Positions 1-9,761 of a DNA stretch of 64,000 bases are shown here, piece after piece. Made by a program: the position numbers and the translations under genes. The stretch's first letter is position 1. Every line of letters starts with the position of its first letter. Source of the DNA: an uncultured Planctomycetales bacterium (GTDB lineage Bacteria > Omnitrophota > Gorgyraeia > Zapsychrales > JANLHA01); the NCBI GenBank assembly GCA_964450385.1, contig CAYVEC010000002.1, positions 1,262-65,261 of the forward strand, read 5' to 3'. Below the pieces are notes generated by a model that was not told the DNA's origin, searched no databases, and saw only the letters and a program-made list of their open reading frames with translations.

Positions 1-65
1 TCACGCATCCCTCCCACCGAACAACACAATAATTTTTAGACCAGCATCAACCGCGAGGACACAGC

Positions 66-1616
66 CTATTCAAGCCGCGTACTGACGCCGATCTTCATCT
101 GCTCGATATCGACCTTGATCACCTTGACCGTGAGCTTGTCCCCCGGTTTTAACGCCGCGGCGGTTTCCTTATCAATCTCGGATGAATACACCAGGGCCTC
201 GATATCATCGGCCAGCTTCACGAACACCCCGAAATTCGAATTGAGGACCACCTCAGCATCAAGGACCGCCCCCACAGGGTAATCACGAGCGATCTGCTCC
301 CACGGATTATCGGTCAGCTGCTTCAGCCCCAGGGTGATCTTTCGATTATCAGGATCAACCCCCAGGACCACGACCTGCACGTCCTGCCCTTTGTGCAAAA
401 TATCCTGCGGATGATTGACCTTCTTGGTCCACGACATATCAGAGACGTGGATCATCCCCTCAAGCCCGGATTCGAGCTCCACAAACGCCCCGTAATCCGT
501 GAATCCCCGCACCACACCTTTCACGCGGCTCCCCTCAGGAAGCATCTTCTCCGAATCAAGCCACGGATTCCGCTCAAGCTGTTTCATGCTAAGCGAGATA
601 CGTTTTTGATCCTTATCAACATTGATGATCTGGACCTCGACCTCATCTCCTTGCTTGAACATCTCTTGGGGGTTCACCATCTTCTTCTGCCAGGAGATCT
701 CAGACGAATGGAGAAGTCCCTCGATCCCTTTTTCGATCTCGACGAAAACGCCATAAGGCATGATATTCACAATCCGACCCTTGACCTTCGAGCCCGCCGG
801 ATACTTATCATAAATCCCGTCCCAGGGATTCGAGGTGATCTGCTTCAGCCCGAGCGAGACCTTGGAATTCTCCTTGTCGAACGACAGGATCTGGACCTTG
901 ATGCGGTCGCCGATCGCGACCAGCTCCGACGGATGATTGATCCGTGACCAGCTCATGTCCGTAATATGGAGAAGCCCGTCCACGCCGCCAAGGTCGATGA
1001 AGGCGCCAAAATCCGTGATCCCTTTCACCGTGCCTTCCCGGACCTGGTTCTTTTCTAATTCACTCCAGAGACGGTCCCGCACTCCCTCGCGCTCTTTCTG
1101 ATACAGGTCGCGACGGCTCAGGATCAGATTACGACGGAGCTTGTTGATCTTGGCGATCTGGAATTTATATTTTCCTGTCATGATCTGCTCGTTCGTGAAT
1201 CCCTTAAAGGCAGAGAGCGACATCGGCAGGAATCCCTCGACCCCGTCGATATCCACCATGTAGCCGCCCTTCACCTGCTTCACGACACGGCCGTCAACGA
1301 CATCATTCTCCTCGACATCCGTCATCACCCGCTGCCATCCCTTGACCTTTTCGGCCTTGGCCTTTGACAGGATCAGACGTCCCTCCTCATCCTCGACGGA
1401 TTCGATCAGGACATCGATCTCACGATCGATCTGAAGGTCCGACGGCTCCCGGAACTCTTCCACCGGGACAAAACCCTCGGACTTAAATCCGATGTCCACC
1501 ACCGCCTCTTTGGCGTTCAGGGCCACGATCTTCCCCCGAACGATCTCGCCTTCCTTGATCGACTTCAAGGTGCTGGCGTACAACTGTTCCATTTCCTTCA
1601 TCTCAACATCATTCAT
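66..1616 (-). CDS. rpsA: 30S ribosomal protein S1. It carries tandem S1 RNA-binding repeats.
   Basis: The 516-aa translation has repeated S1-domain blocks. The N-terminus reads 'EGEIVRGKIVALNAKEAVVDIGFKSEGFVP', as in bacterial S1. The stop is TAG at 66-68. Confidence 0.88.
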   Translation of the reverse strand: MNDVEMKEMEQLYASTLKSIKEGEIVRGKIVALNAKEAVVDIGFKSEGFVPVEEFREPSDLQIDREIDVLIESVEDEEGRLILSKAKAEKVKGWQRVMTDVEENDVVDGRVVKQVKGGYMVDIDGVEGFLPMSLSAFKGFTNEQIMTGKYKFQIAKINKLRRNLILSRRDLYQKEREGVRDRLWSELEKNQVREGTVKGITDFGAFIDLGGVDGLLHITDMSWSRINHPSELVAIGDRIKVQILSFDKENSKVSLGLKQITSNPWDGIYDKYPAGSKVKGRIVNIMPYGVFVEIEKGIEGLLHSSEISWQKKMVNPQEMFKQGDEVEVQIINVDKDQKRISLSMKQLERNPWLDSEKMLPEGSRVKGVVRGFTDYGAFVELESGLEGMIHVSDMSWTKKVNHPQDILHKGQDVQVVVLGVDPDNRKITLGLKQLTDNPWEQIARDYPVGAVLDAEVVLNSNFGVFVKLADDIEALVYSSEIDKETAAALKPGDKLTVKVIKVDIEQMKIGVSTRLE

Positions 1617-1796
1617 TGTAAAAATTCCTCGCTTTTTTTGGATTCTTTAAGGGATGAACGTCCCCACTTAAAGTGCAGGTATTATCGCAAAATTTTTCTC
1701 TTTGTCAAATAAAAAGTCTCGCTTCGGGCATCGTGAGAGGCGGCGGGGCTCCTATTATAAGGGAAAGAAGATCAACCTGCCGGAGGTGCGCCGCCC

Positions 1797-2393
1797 TTAT
1801 GACGCGGACGCGAGACTGTAGATGGCGTCCATAACCCCCTCGGAGATCTCATTATAGGATTGTTCCTGAGAAAACGCGACCGGCTGACCAATACGGACCT
1901 CAACCGGAACGCGCCGGATCCGTTTGGTCCCAGGCGGCATTGCGTCATCGCTGCCCTTGATAAAGGCCGGGACCACCGGAACCCCACTCTTCGCCACAAG
2001 GAACCCGACCCCGGGGAAGACCTCACCCTCACCCCGCTCGCGAACCCGGGTCCCCTGAGGAAAAAAAACCAGGGGCCGACCTGACCTCAGACGCGACACC
2101 GCCTCACGGAGTGCCGCGCGATCGGCCTTCCCACGGTGGACCGGAAAGGCATCACACCCCCGGAGCCACCAGCCCAAAAATCGAGAACGGAAGAGTTCTT
2201 CCTTGGCGAAAAAACCCGTCCTCCTCGGGCAGATCGCTCCGATGATCACAGGGTCTAAATTGCTGATATGATTCGTTGCCAGGATGAAGGCCCCGTGCCG
2301 CGGAATATGTTTCTTTCCAATGACCTTAAGCCGAAGGGCCACCGCAAGAAAAACGTTCGCCAATGTATAGGTAAGCCAATAGATCATTTTCAA
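1797..2393 (-). CDS. plsC: 1-acyl-sn-glycerol-3-phosphate acyltransferase
   Basis: The 198-aa product has an N-terminal TM helix. It carries the acyltransferase H(X)4D motif 'NHISNLD' and the 'FPQGTR' motif. Confidence 0.8.
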   Translation of the reverse strand: MKMIYWLTYTLANVFLAVALRLKVIGKKHIPRHGAFILATNHISNLDPVIIGAICPRRTGFFAKEELFRSRFLGWWLRGCDAFPVHRGKADRAALREAVSRLRSGRPLVFFPQGTRVRERGEGEVFPGVGFLVAKSGVPVVPAFIKGSDDAMPPGTKRIRRVPVEVRIGQPVAFSQEQSYNEISEGVMDAIYSLASAS

Positions 2394-2441
2394 AAAAATC
2401 GCCGGGCGGACGTCCGCCCGGCGGTCTCCCCAACCTCGAAG

Positions 2442-3872
2442 TTACGCGCTCTTTAAAAAATTCTCTCCAAAGGCCAACAGCCGTTTCAACCGCGCCGCTG
2501 ATGTCGCCTCGCCATAGATCCGAACCAACGGCTCTGTTCCCGACGGGCGAAGCATCACCCAACTCGTGTCACGGCAGACAAGTTTCACGCCGTCAAAATC
2601 CTTCACATCAACGACCGGCTGACCCTCGACCGTTGTGATCTTTGAAAAGGCCGAGAGATCCGGCCTTGCCTGACCCGGCTTTAAGGTCACATTATGGACC
2701 TGATAAAAATATCGTCCGAACTCCTTCTCCATCTCCTCAACGATCCGCCCGATATTTTTTTTCTGATAGACCATCATCTCAAGGAGGAGCAACCCCGCAA
2801 GGGTCCCGTCGCGCTCAGGGATATAATCCTGCAGCCCCATGCCGCCGGCCTCCTCGCCGCCGGCGATGATCCGCTCATTGATCATCAGATCTGAAATATA
2901 CTTAAACCCGACCGGGGTTTCATAGAGCTTCAGCCCGAGCTTCTTGGCGATATTATCGATCATCATCGTTCCGCAGATCGTCTTGACAACGCCCCCCTTC
3001 CGGCCGCGATTCCGGGCAAGATGAAGGATCAAAAGCCCTAATATTTTCTGGGGATGAATAAAGACGCCGCCCGGAGCCACCGCGGCAATGCGGTCAGCAT
3101 CACCGTCGAGGACAAGCCCGAGATCAAATTTATCATTTTTGACCCGTTCGATGATCCCGCTCAGATACTGAACAACAGGCTCAGGCTTTTTTCCATCGAA
3201 ATACGGATTGATGTCCTCACGCATCAGGGAAAGCCGGACATCGGTCCCAGCGAGGACCTTGCTGATGAGGCTGTTACCGCTGCCGTGCATCGCGTCGAGG
3301 AGGACTTTAAAACGGGCGCTACGGATCTTCTTAAGATCGATATACCGGCGCATGAATTTGATATAAGACGGTTTGAAATCATGCATCACCACCATGCCCT
3401 TGGCCAAGGCCTCATCGAGCGCCATCGACCGGACCGGCGTCACATACAGATACCCCTCGACCTTATCGGTGATATCCCGGCCCGCGCCGCCGCCCTCCGC
3501 GGTCTTGATCTTGACCCCGTTGAATTGATAGGGATTATGGCTCGCCGTGATCATCACCCCGCAGACACAGGCGTTACGCGGGACCCCGAACGACAAGGCC
3601 GGCGTGGGAATATTATCAGAAGACAGGAAGACATAAATGCCGTTCGCGGCCAAGACCTCAGCGACGAGGTCCGCGAACTCTTTCGACATAAAACGGGCAT
3701 CGTAACCCAAGGCCACCTGCCGCTTGCCCTCTTTGGGCGCGAGGTCCTTGTTGACCCACTCCGCGATGGCCTGTGCGACAATCCGCACATTCTCAAAGGT
3801 GAAGGTGTCGGCGATGACCGCCCGCCATCCGTCCGTTCCGAATTTAATGACCCCTGGATTATTTGCCATCAT
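2442..3872 (-). CDS. phosphoglucomutase/phosphomannomutase (alpha-D-phosphohexomutase family)
   Basis: The 476-aa product has the N-terminal 'GTDGWRAV' motif and the catalytic phosphoserine loop 'TASHNP'. Confidence 0.8.
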   Translation of the reverse strand: MMANNPGVIKFGTDGWRAVIADTFTFENVRIVAQAIAEWVNKDLAPKEGKRQVALGYDARFMSKEFADLVAEVLAANGIYVFLSSDNIPTPALSFGVPRNACVCGVMITASHNPYQFNGVKIKTAEGGGAGRDITDKVEGYLYVTPVRSMALDEALAKGMVVMHDFKPSYIKFMRRYIDLKKIRSARFKVLLDAMHGSGNSLISKVLAGTDVRLSLMREDINPYFDGKKPEPVVQYLSGIIERVKNDKFDLGLVLDGDADRIAAVAPGGVFIHPQKILGLLILHLARNRGRKGGVVKTICGTMMIDNIAKKLGLKLYETPVGFKYISDLMINERIIAGGEEAGGMGLQDYIPERDGTLAGLLLLEMMVYQKKNIGRIVEEMEKEFGRYFYQVHNVTLKPGQARPDLSAFSKITTVEGQPVVDVKDFDGVKLVCRDTSWVMLRPSGTEPLVRIYGEATSAARLKRLLAFGENFLKSA

Positions 3873-3883
3873 GACCCTCTTTC

Positions 3884-4468
3884 TCAGACTGTCTCTTTTG
3901 CGTACAAATGATGTTGTTCAATATACCGAAAGACCGGCTCAGGGACAAGATATTTTATCGATTTCCCCTGTAAAATCTTGCGCCGGACATACGAAGAAGA
4001 AATGTCAATCCCCGGCATGGACACCGAATGATGCGGGATATCCGAACGGCACTCATCGTGCCCCGGACGGTTCACGACCACGAAGGAGGCGACCGTCATG
4101 ATCTCGCTCACCTCCCGCCAGGTATGGAGAAGCGCAGCGCTGTCGCCCCCGACGATAAAAAAGAGCTTTGTCCCTTCGGGAAGGGTCTCGGCGAAATGCC
4201 GGATCGTATCGACCGTATAGGACTTGCCCCCTTTCCTCACCTCAAAGTCCGACACCTCGAATTTCGGGTTGTTCCGAATGCTCAGACGCACCATCTCCAG
4301 CCGATCCTCCGCCGAAGCCAGATTCATGATCCTCTTATGCGGCGGCTGACACGAGGGGACAAAGATCACCTTGTCCAGATTCATCTTTTCCTGCGCCGCC
4401 TCGGCGATCGCCAGATGACCGATGTGGAGTGGATTAAAGGTCCCGCCTAATATCCCGACGCGTTCCAT
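3884..4468 (-). CDS. nadD: nicotinate-nucleotide adenylyltransferase
   Basis: The 194-aa product has 'GILGGTFNPLHIGHL', the (H/T)IGH nucleotidyltransferase motif. It lies downstream of proBA, a conserved arrangement. Confidence 0.85.
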   Translation of the reverse strand: MERVGILGGTFNPLHIGHLAIAEAAQEKMNLDKVIFVPSCQPPHKRIMNLASAEDRLEMVRLSIRNNPKFEVSDFEVRKGGKSYTVDTIRHFAETLPEGTKLFFIVGGDSAALLHTWREVSEIMTVASFVVVNRPGHDECRSDIPHHSVSMPGIDISSSYVRRKILQGKSIKYLVPEPVFRYIEQHHLYAKETV

Positions 4469-4476
4469 TCCCGTTC

Positions 4477-5736
4477 CTATTCCCGGATCTGCCCGGTGCC
4501 TCGGACCACGAATTTATAACTCGTCAATTCGCGAAGGCCCATCGGCCCGCGCGCATGGATCTTATCCGTGCTGATCCCGATCTCCGCCCCGAGACCGAAC
4601 TCATAACCATCCGTAAAACGCGTCGAGGCATTCCAATACACACAGGCCGAATCCACCTCGTTCAAGAACCGCGCGGCCTCATCGGCAGAATCCGTGACGA
4701 TCGCGTCCGAATGCGCCGAGCCGTACCGTTGAATATGATCCATCGCCTCATCAAGTGACTCCACAACCCGGACCGCAAGGATCAAATCCAGATACTCTTC
4801 GGCCCAATCAGCAGCCGTTGCGGCCTTGATCTTTTCTCGACAGATCTTCCGCGTCACCGGACATCCACGGATCTCGACCCCGGCATCGATAAGCGCCTTG
4901 ATCATCCCGGGAAGAAAACGCGCGGCAACATCGCGGTGGACCAATAGGGTTTCCATCGCATTACAGACGCCGGGCCGCTGAACCTTCGCATTAAAACAGA
5001 TCCGCTCGGCCTGATTCAAGTCCGCGTGTTCCCCAACATAGGTATGACACACCCCTTTATAATGCTTGATCACCGGGATCCTCGAATGACGCGTCACAAA
5101 ACGAATGAGCCCCTCTCCGCCCCTCGGAATAACAAGATCGATCACGTCGTTCATCGACAGAAGGGCCCGCAGATCATCACGATCGCGCGACGTCACCATC
5201 TGCAGGGCCTCACGGTCAAGCCCGGCGTCGCGCAGCGCGTCCCTCAAGACATCAAAGATGGCCTTATTCGAATACCGGGCCTCGCTCCCGCCTTTTAAAA
5301 CACAGGCATTCCCGGATTTCAGGCAGAGCCCCGCGCAGTCAGAGGTTACATTCGGCCTCGATTCATAGATGATTCCGATGACCCCGATCGGAACCCTCAC
5401 CTTATCGATGGCCAGGCCGTTCGGCCGGGTCGTCGATTCGATGACCTCTCCCACCGGGTCCGGAAGCCGCGCCACATCTCGAAGTCCCTCGGCCATCGCC
5501 TCGATCCGTCGGTCCGTCAACACGAGCCGGTCCAGGAGGGCGTTCGACAACCCTGCCCGGCGTCCGGCAGCAATATCCTTCTGATTGGCACGCATGATCG
5601 CGGCCCGATCCGAGAGGATCGTCGCGGCCATTAATTCCAAGGCGTGATTCCGTTCGGCGCTGGACGTTGTCGCCAGCCCTCGCGAGGCCTTCTTGGCCGC
5701 GCGCCCCATCCGCATAATTGACGATCCCTGTGTCAT
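4477..5736 (-). CDS. proA: gamma-glutamyl phosphate reductase (glutamate-5-semialdehyde dehydrogenase)
   Basis: The 419-aa product has the aldehyde-dehydrogenase fold. It sits immediately downstream of proB. Confidence 0.88.
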   Translation of the reverse strand: MTQGSSIMRMGRAAKKASRGLATTSSAERNHALELMAATILSDRAAIMRANQKDIAAGRRAGLSNALLDRLVLTDRRIEAMAEGLRDVARLPDPVGEVIESTTRPNGLAIDKVRVPIGVIGIIYESRPNVTSDCAGLCLKSGNACVLKGGSEARYSNKAIFDVLRDALRDAGLDREALQMVTSRDRDDLRALLSMNDVIDLVIPRGGEGLIRFVTRHSRIPVIKHYKGVCHTYVGEHADLNQAERICFNAKVQRPGVCNAMETLLVHRDVAARFLPGMIKALIDAGVEIRGCPVTRKICREKIKAATAADWAEEYLDLILAVRVVESLDEAMDHIQRYGSAHSDAIVTDSADEAARFLNEVDSACVYWNASTRFTDGYEFGLGAEIGISTDKIHARGPMGLRELTSYKFVVRGTGQIRE

Positions 5737-5750
5737 GATAATCTCCCCGC

Positions 5751-6845
5751 CTATCTCTTACACAAAACCAAGTCGTCACGATGAACGACTTCTTTTTTTC
5801 CCTTTTTGTCACGGATCGAATACAGCTCGTGGACCGAATAACCGATGATCCCGCGGGCGATCTCCTGGCGGGCCCGATTACAAATCACGACGACATCCTC
5901 CGCCTTGAAACTCCCCTCGCATTCGATCACCCCGGGCAGGAGCAGGCTCTTGCCGCTCTCAAGAAGGGCCTTCTCCGCGCCCTCATCGATCACGAGAACC
6001 CCCTTCGGCCGCGCACTGAACGAGATCCAGTGTTTCTTTGATAAAAGGACATCCTCGCGCTCGGAAAAAAAAGTCCCTATCCCCTCGCCGCTCAACACCC
6101 GGGACACGACCTCTCGCGTCTCGCCATGGGCAATGACACACGGGGTCCTGGCCTCAAGGGCGATCTTCACCGCCTTCAGCTTCGCCGACATCCCTCCACG
6201 TGAAATGTGTTTGTTCGATGTGCCAAACGCAAGGGCCTCAATATCCGGAGTGATCTCAGAGATCTCCTTGAAAAACACCTTCTTGCCGTCTTCAAATTTG
6301 TACAAGCCGTCCACATCCGACAGCATGATCAAAAGATCCGCCGAGACCGCTCCCGCCACCAGGGCAGAAAGCTTGTCATTGTCACCGAATTTGATCTCAT
6401 CCGTCGAGATCGTGTCATTCTCATTAATGATCGGCACGACCTTCTGTTCAAGCAGGGTCGTGAGGGTCTTGCGGGCGTTATTATACCGACGGCGATCCGA
6501 AAAATCATCCCAGGTCAAAAGGACTTGGGCGCAGACAGCGCCCTCCTTGCGGAAAAGATCGCTATACGTCTTCATTAAAACGGCCTGACCAATCGCCGCC
6601 AGGGCCTGAAGACTCGCGAGATCGCTCGGCCGTTTTGTGAGCCCCATCTCTCCCATGCCGAGGACGATCGCGCCAGAACTGACAAAAACAACCTCGACAC
6701 CGGCCCGTTGCGCGGCCACCATCTGCTGGATCAGCGAACGCAGCCGCGTTCTTCTGGGCTTTAACCGATAGTTGGCAATCACACCGGATCCGACCTTGAT
6801 CACCATTCGTTTGACCGGGCGTGGAAATTTTCTAGGCATGTTCAC
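5751..6845 (-). CDS. proB: glutamate 5-kinase with C-terminal PUA domain
   Basis: The 364-aa product starts with 'KRMVIKVGSGVI', an amino-acid kinase fold. It overlaps the obg stop by 14 nt. Confidence 0.88.
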   Translation of the reverse strand: MNMPRKFPRPVKRMVIKVGSGVIANYRLKPRRTRLRSLIQQMVAAQRAGVEVVFVSSGAIVLGMGEMGLTKRPSDLASLQALAAIGQAVLMKTYSDLFRKEGAVCAQVLLTWDDFSDRRRYNNARKTLTTLLEQKVVPIINENDTISTDEIKFGDNDKLSALVAGAVSADLLIMLSDVDGLYKFEDGKKVFFKEISEITPDIEALAFGTSNKHISRGGMSAKLKAVKIALEARTPCVIAHGETREVVSRVLSGEGIGTFFSEREDVLLSKKHWISFSARPKGVLVIDEGAEKALLESGKSLLLPGVIECEGSFKAEDVVVICNRARQEIARGIIGYSVHELYSIRDKKGKKEVVHRDDLVLCKR

Positions 6846-7827
6846 CTTCCCTTATAGACCGAGACCGTTGCGCCACGAGCTGGGCCATCCGTTCAACCAG
6901 CACGCCCACATTCTGATCCTCGCGGGCCGAGATGGCGATCACCTCACCCTCGACGTGATCCCGAAAACGCGCCAGATTCTCATCAGCCGAGGGGAGATCC
7001 ATTTTATTCGCCACGATCAAGCGTTCCTTGCCGATAAGGGCGTCGCTATACGCCGCGAGCTCCCGGCTGATGATCCGATAATCCTCGATCGGGTCCCGCC
7101 CCTCCTGACCCGACATATCGATCAGGTGAACGAGCACAGACGTGCGTTCCACATGTTTTAAAAAACGGTCGCCTAAGCCGCGGCCCTCATGCGCCCCTTC
7201 GATAAGTCCCGGAAGGTCGGCCACGGTAAAATCCATCTCGCCCGTCTGGACAACGCCAAGGATCGGCTGTCGCGTCGTAAAGGGATATTGGGCGATCTTC
7301 GACCGCACCTTCGAGATCTGATTGATCAGGGTGGACTTCCCGGCATTCGGAAATCCAATCAATCCGACATCGGCAATGAGCTTTAGCTCTAACGAGATGA
7401 CCCGCTCTTCGCCTGGCTTAGGAGAGACCGGCGTCTGGTGATTCTGATTGCCGAGACCCCCAGCGCCTCCGCGGACAACCGTAACCTCCTCACCCGCCGT
7501 CGCGAGATCCCGCAGGATATAACCGGTCTCAGCGTCCCGCAAGATCGTCCCGATGGGGACACGGAGCCGACAATTCTCCCCGCGGCGTCCGGTCTTGCCC
7601 TTACTGCTGGCATGACCGCCGCGCTCGGCCTGATAATGCTGTTTGAATTTGAAATCTAAAAGGGTGTGCATCCGGGGATCCGCCACAAAGACAACGTCGC
7701 CGCCCTTGCCGCCGTCCCCCCCATCCGGTCTCGGATGGCGAAAATATTTGTTCCGGTAAAAGCTTTCGCAGCCTTTCCCGCCGTCTCCAGCTTTTACAAA
7801 GACCCTAGCTTCATCAACGAATGCCAT
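6832..7827 (-). CDS. obg: GTPase Obg/CgtA
   Basis: The 331-aa product has the N-terminal Obg fold 'FVDEARVFVKAGDGGKGCESF'. It carries GTPase motifs 'GFPNAGKST' and 'DLPGLIEGA'. Confidence 0.9.
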   Translation of the reverse strand: MAFVDEARVFVKAGDGGKGCESFYRNKYFRHPRPDGGDGGKGGDVVFVADPRMHTLLDFKFKQHYQAERGGHASSKGKTGRRGENCRLRVPIGTILRDAETGYILRDLATAGEEVTVVRGGAGGLGNQNHQTPVSPKPGEERVISLELKLIADVGLIGFPNAGKSTLINQISKVRSKIAQYPFTTRQPILGVVQTGEMDFTVADLPGLIEGAHEGRGLGDRFLKHVERTSVLVHLIDMSGQEGRDPIEDYRIISRELAAYSDALIGKERLIVANKMDLPSADENLARFRDHVEGEVIAISAREDQNVGVLVERMAQLVAQRSRSIREGEHA

Positions 7828-7882
7828 CGTAGTGTATGACGGTCACGTGCGGGGCCCTTGTGCGTATGCCCCGCGGTGGTTA

Positions 7883-8194
7883 TTAAGCAGAAATTTTTGT
7901 GATCTTCAGGGCCGTGAATTTCGCGCGGTGGCCATGCTTGAGCGCATAAGCCTTGCGGCAGCGATATTTGAACGCCACGACCTTATCGCCCTTCGTTTGA
8001 TCGAGCACCTCGGCCTCAACGCGCGCGCCCTTGAGGCACGGCTGACCGACCTGCACCTTGGCCCCGTCAGAAACCATCAGCACGCGATCAGACGACACCT
8101 TGTCCCCGATCACCTCTGCGATACGGTCAACCTCAATAATATCCCCCTCAGACACCTTATATTGAGCAGACCCAAATTGAACAATCGCGTACAT
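7883..8194 (-). CDS. rplU: 50S ribosomal protein L21
   Basis: The 103-aa product reads 'MYAIVQFGSAQYKVSEGDII', the canonical L21 N-terminus. Confidence 0.9.
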   Translation of the reverse strand: MYAIVQFGSAQYKVSEGDIIEVDRIAEVIGDKVSSDRVLMVSDGAKVQVGQPCLKGARVEAEVLDQTKGDKVVAFKYRCRKAYALKHGHRAKFTALKITKISA

Positions 8195-8329
8195 CAGACC
8201 CTCCTGTCCTCATGATTTCCAGCCCGCGCCCAGTCCGTTCCGGGGCGAGCCCCAATGTTCCCCTTAAAAAAGTATCTTATTAAAGCGCAATATTAAAAAA
8301 AGTCAATCACTTTTTATCGCCCAGGCCGA

Positions 8330-9640
8330 TCACTCCTGCCTGCGGACCTTGCCCCGGCCGCCGCAATACGGACAGGTCTTAAACGAGACCGCCTCAACGG
8401 TCTTTCCCGTACGGGCCCGGGTCATTTCAACCAGGCCTAACGGCGAGATCCGGTTGACCTCTGTCTTGGCATGGTCTTTCGCCAATTCAACACGTAAGGC
8501 GTCCAAGACGCGCCGTTTATGCTGCTCGCGCGACATGTCGATAAAATCAATGACAATGATACCGCCGACATCGCGAAGACGGAGCTGGCGGGCGATCTCA
8601 GGGGCCGCGGCCATGTTCACCATGAAGGCGGCCTCCTCAGGACTCCCTTTGGATTTGAATTTTCCGCTGTTAACGTCAACAACCGTGAGGCCCTCGGTCT
8701 GCTCAATGACCACGTGCGCACCACCCTTAATAAAGACCCGCGTGTCATAGATCCGCGACAACTGCTTCGAGACTCCCTTATGTTCAAAAAGGGTCTTCTG
8801 CCCGCGATAACAATGGATCTTCCCGACGAGCAGCGGCCCGATCAAATTGATCGCGAACTTCCGAAGGACCTTATAATCCTCAAGAGAATCGATGACGACC
8901 TTATCGATCTTGTCGGTCAGGAGATCGCGGACGACTTTTGAGATGAGATCAAAATCCTTATACACCAGCGATGGGGCCTGTTTTTTTTCGCTGAGTTTCA
9001 GAATCTCCTGCCAGATCTTGTATAAAAATTTCGCGTCGCGGATCAGATCCTTTTTATTCTGACCAAGCGACACCGTGCGGACGATGAATCCGCCCTTTTG
9101 AACAAAGTCTAGCTCATCGATGAATTCCTTTAACCGTTTGCGCTCCTCGGTGTCTTCGATCTTTTTCGATACCCCGTGATGCGGATCATACGGCATATAA
9201 ACAAGAAAGCGGCCAGCGAGCGAGATATGCGTCGTCAACCGGGCACCTTTCTGCGCGAAGGGCTCCTTCACGACCTGAACGAGGATCTCCTGCCCTTCCT
9301 TGAGCGGCAGGTCTTCCGTGCGCGGACGGGCCGACGAATTCTTCGCCCGATGCCGGCGCTTTAGGATCCGGTCGATCAAATTTTGCGGCGTCTGGCTGTT
9401 CTCTTCGAGCAAGGGATTGTCGGCATCGGTGAGATATAAAAACCCGTTCCGTTCCTGACCGATATTCACAAACGCCCCATTGATCGACGGCAAGATCGAC
9501 TCTACCCGCCCCTTGTAAACATTCCCTAGGATCGATTGGGCCTGTTCGACCTCAATATAGAAGTCGTCAAGGATCCCATCCTCGATCACCGCAACCCGCG
9601 TCTTCTGCTTGTCCTTACTAATTAAAATCTCTTTTCCCAC
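8330..9640 (-). CDS. rng: Rne/Rng-family ribonuclease (RNase G-like)
   Basis: The 436-aa product has an N-terminal S1 domain followed by an RNase E/G catalytic core. It has a C-terminal Zn-link-like 'CPYCGGRG' motif. Confidence 0.78.
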   Translation of the reverse strand: MGKEILISKDKQKTRVAVIEDGILDDFYIEVEQAQSILGNVYKGRVESILPSINGAFVNIGQERNGFLYLTDADNPLLEENSQTPQNLIDRILKRRHRAKNSSARPRTEDLPLKEGQEILVQVVKEPFAQKGARLTTHISLAGRFLVYMPYDPHHGVSKKIEDTEERKRLKEFIDELDFVQKGGFIVRTVSLGQNKKDLIRDAKFLYKIWQEILKLSEKKQAPSLVYKDFDLISKVVRDLLTDKIDKVVIDSLEDYKVLRKFAINLIGPLLVGKIHCYRGQKTLFEHKGVSKQLSRIYDTRVFIKGGAHVVIEQTEGLTVVDVNSGKFKSKGSPEEAAFMVNMAAAPEIARQLRLRDVGGIIVIDFIDMSREQHKRRVLDALRVELAKDHAKTEVNRISPLGLVEMTRARTGKTVEAVSFKTCPYCGGRGKVRRQE

Positions 9641-9678
9641 ACACCACCCCTTTTGTTAATCAACAATAAAAGAATTCT

Positions 9679-9712
9679 GTCGGCAGAGAATCCGCCGCGT
9701 TCCTGTGCCGAC
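9679..9712 (-). terminator. candidate terminator downstream of pilQ
   Basis: The inverted repeat GTCGGCA...TGCCGAC is followed on the minus strand by AGAATTCTTTTATT. Confidence 0.35.
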
Positions 9713-9761
9713 GTCTCGACGCGAAATGACCCTTTCCCCCATGAGACCATAATGAAATGTC

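Noticed and set aside
1772-2084. Small overlapping ORFs (86 and 74 aa) at the plsC 3' end and spacer
   Set aside because: They overlap plsC or lie in the rpsA-plsC spacer. They are Arg/Pro/Gly-rich with no start context, so they are GC artefacts.
3054-3911. 285-aa plus-strand ORF overlapping the phosphomannomutase gene
   Set aside because: It lies antisense to a well-supported gene. Its composition is Arg/His/Pro-rich, as expected for the wrong-strand frame of high-GC coding DNA. It has no recognisable domain.
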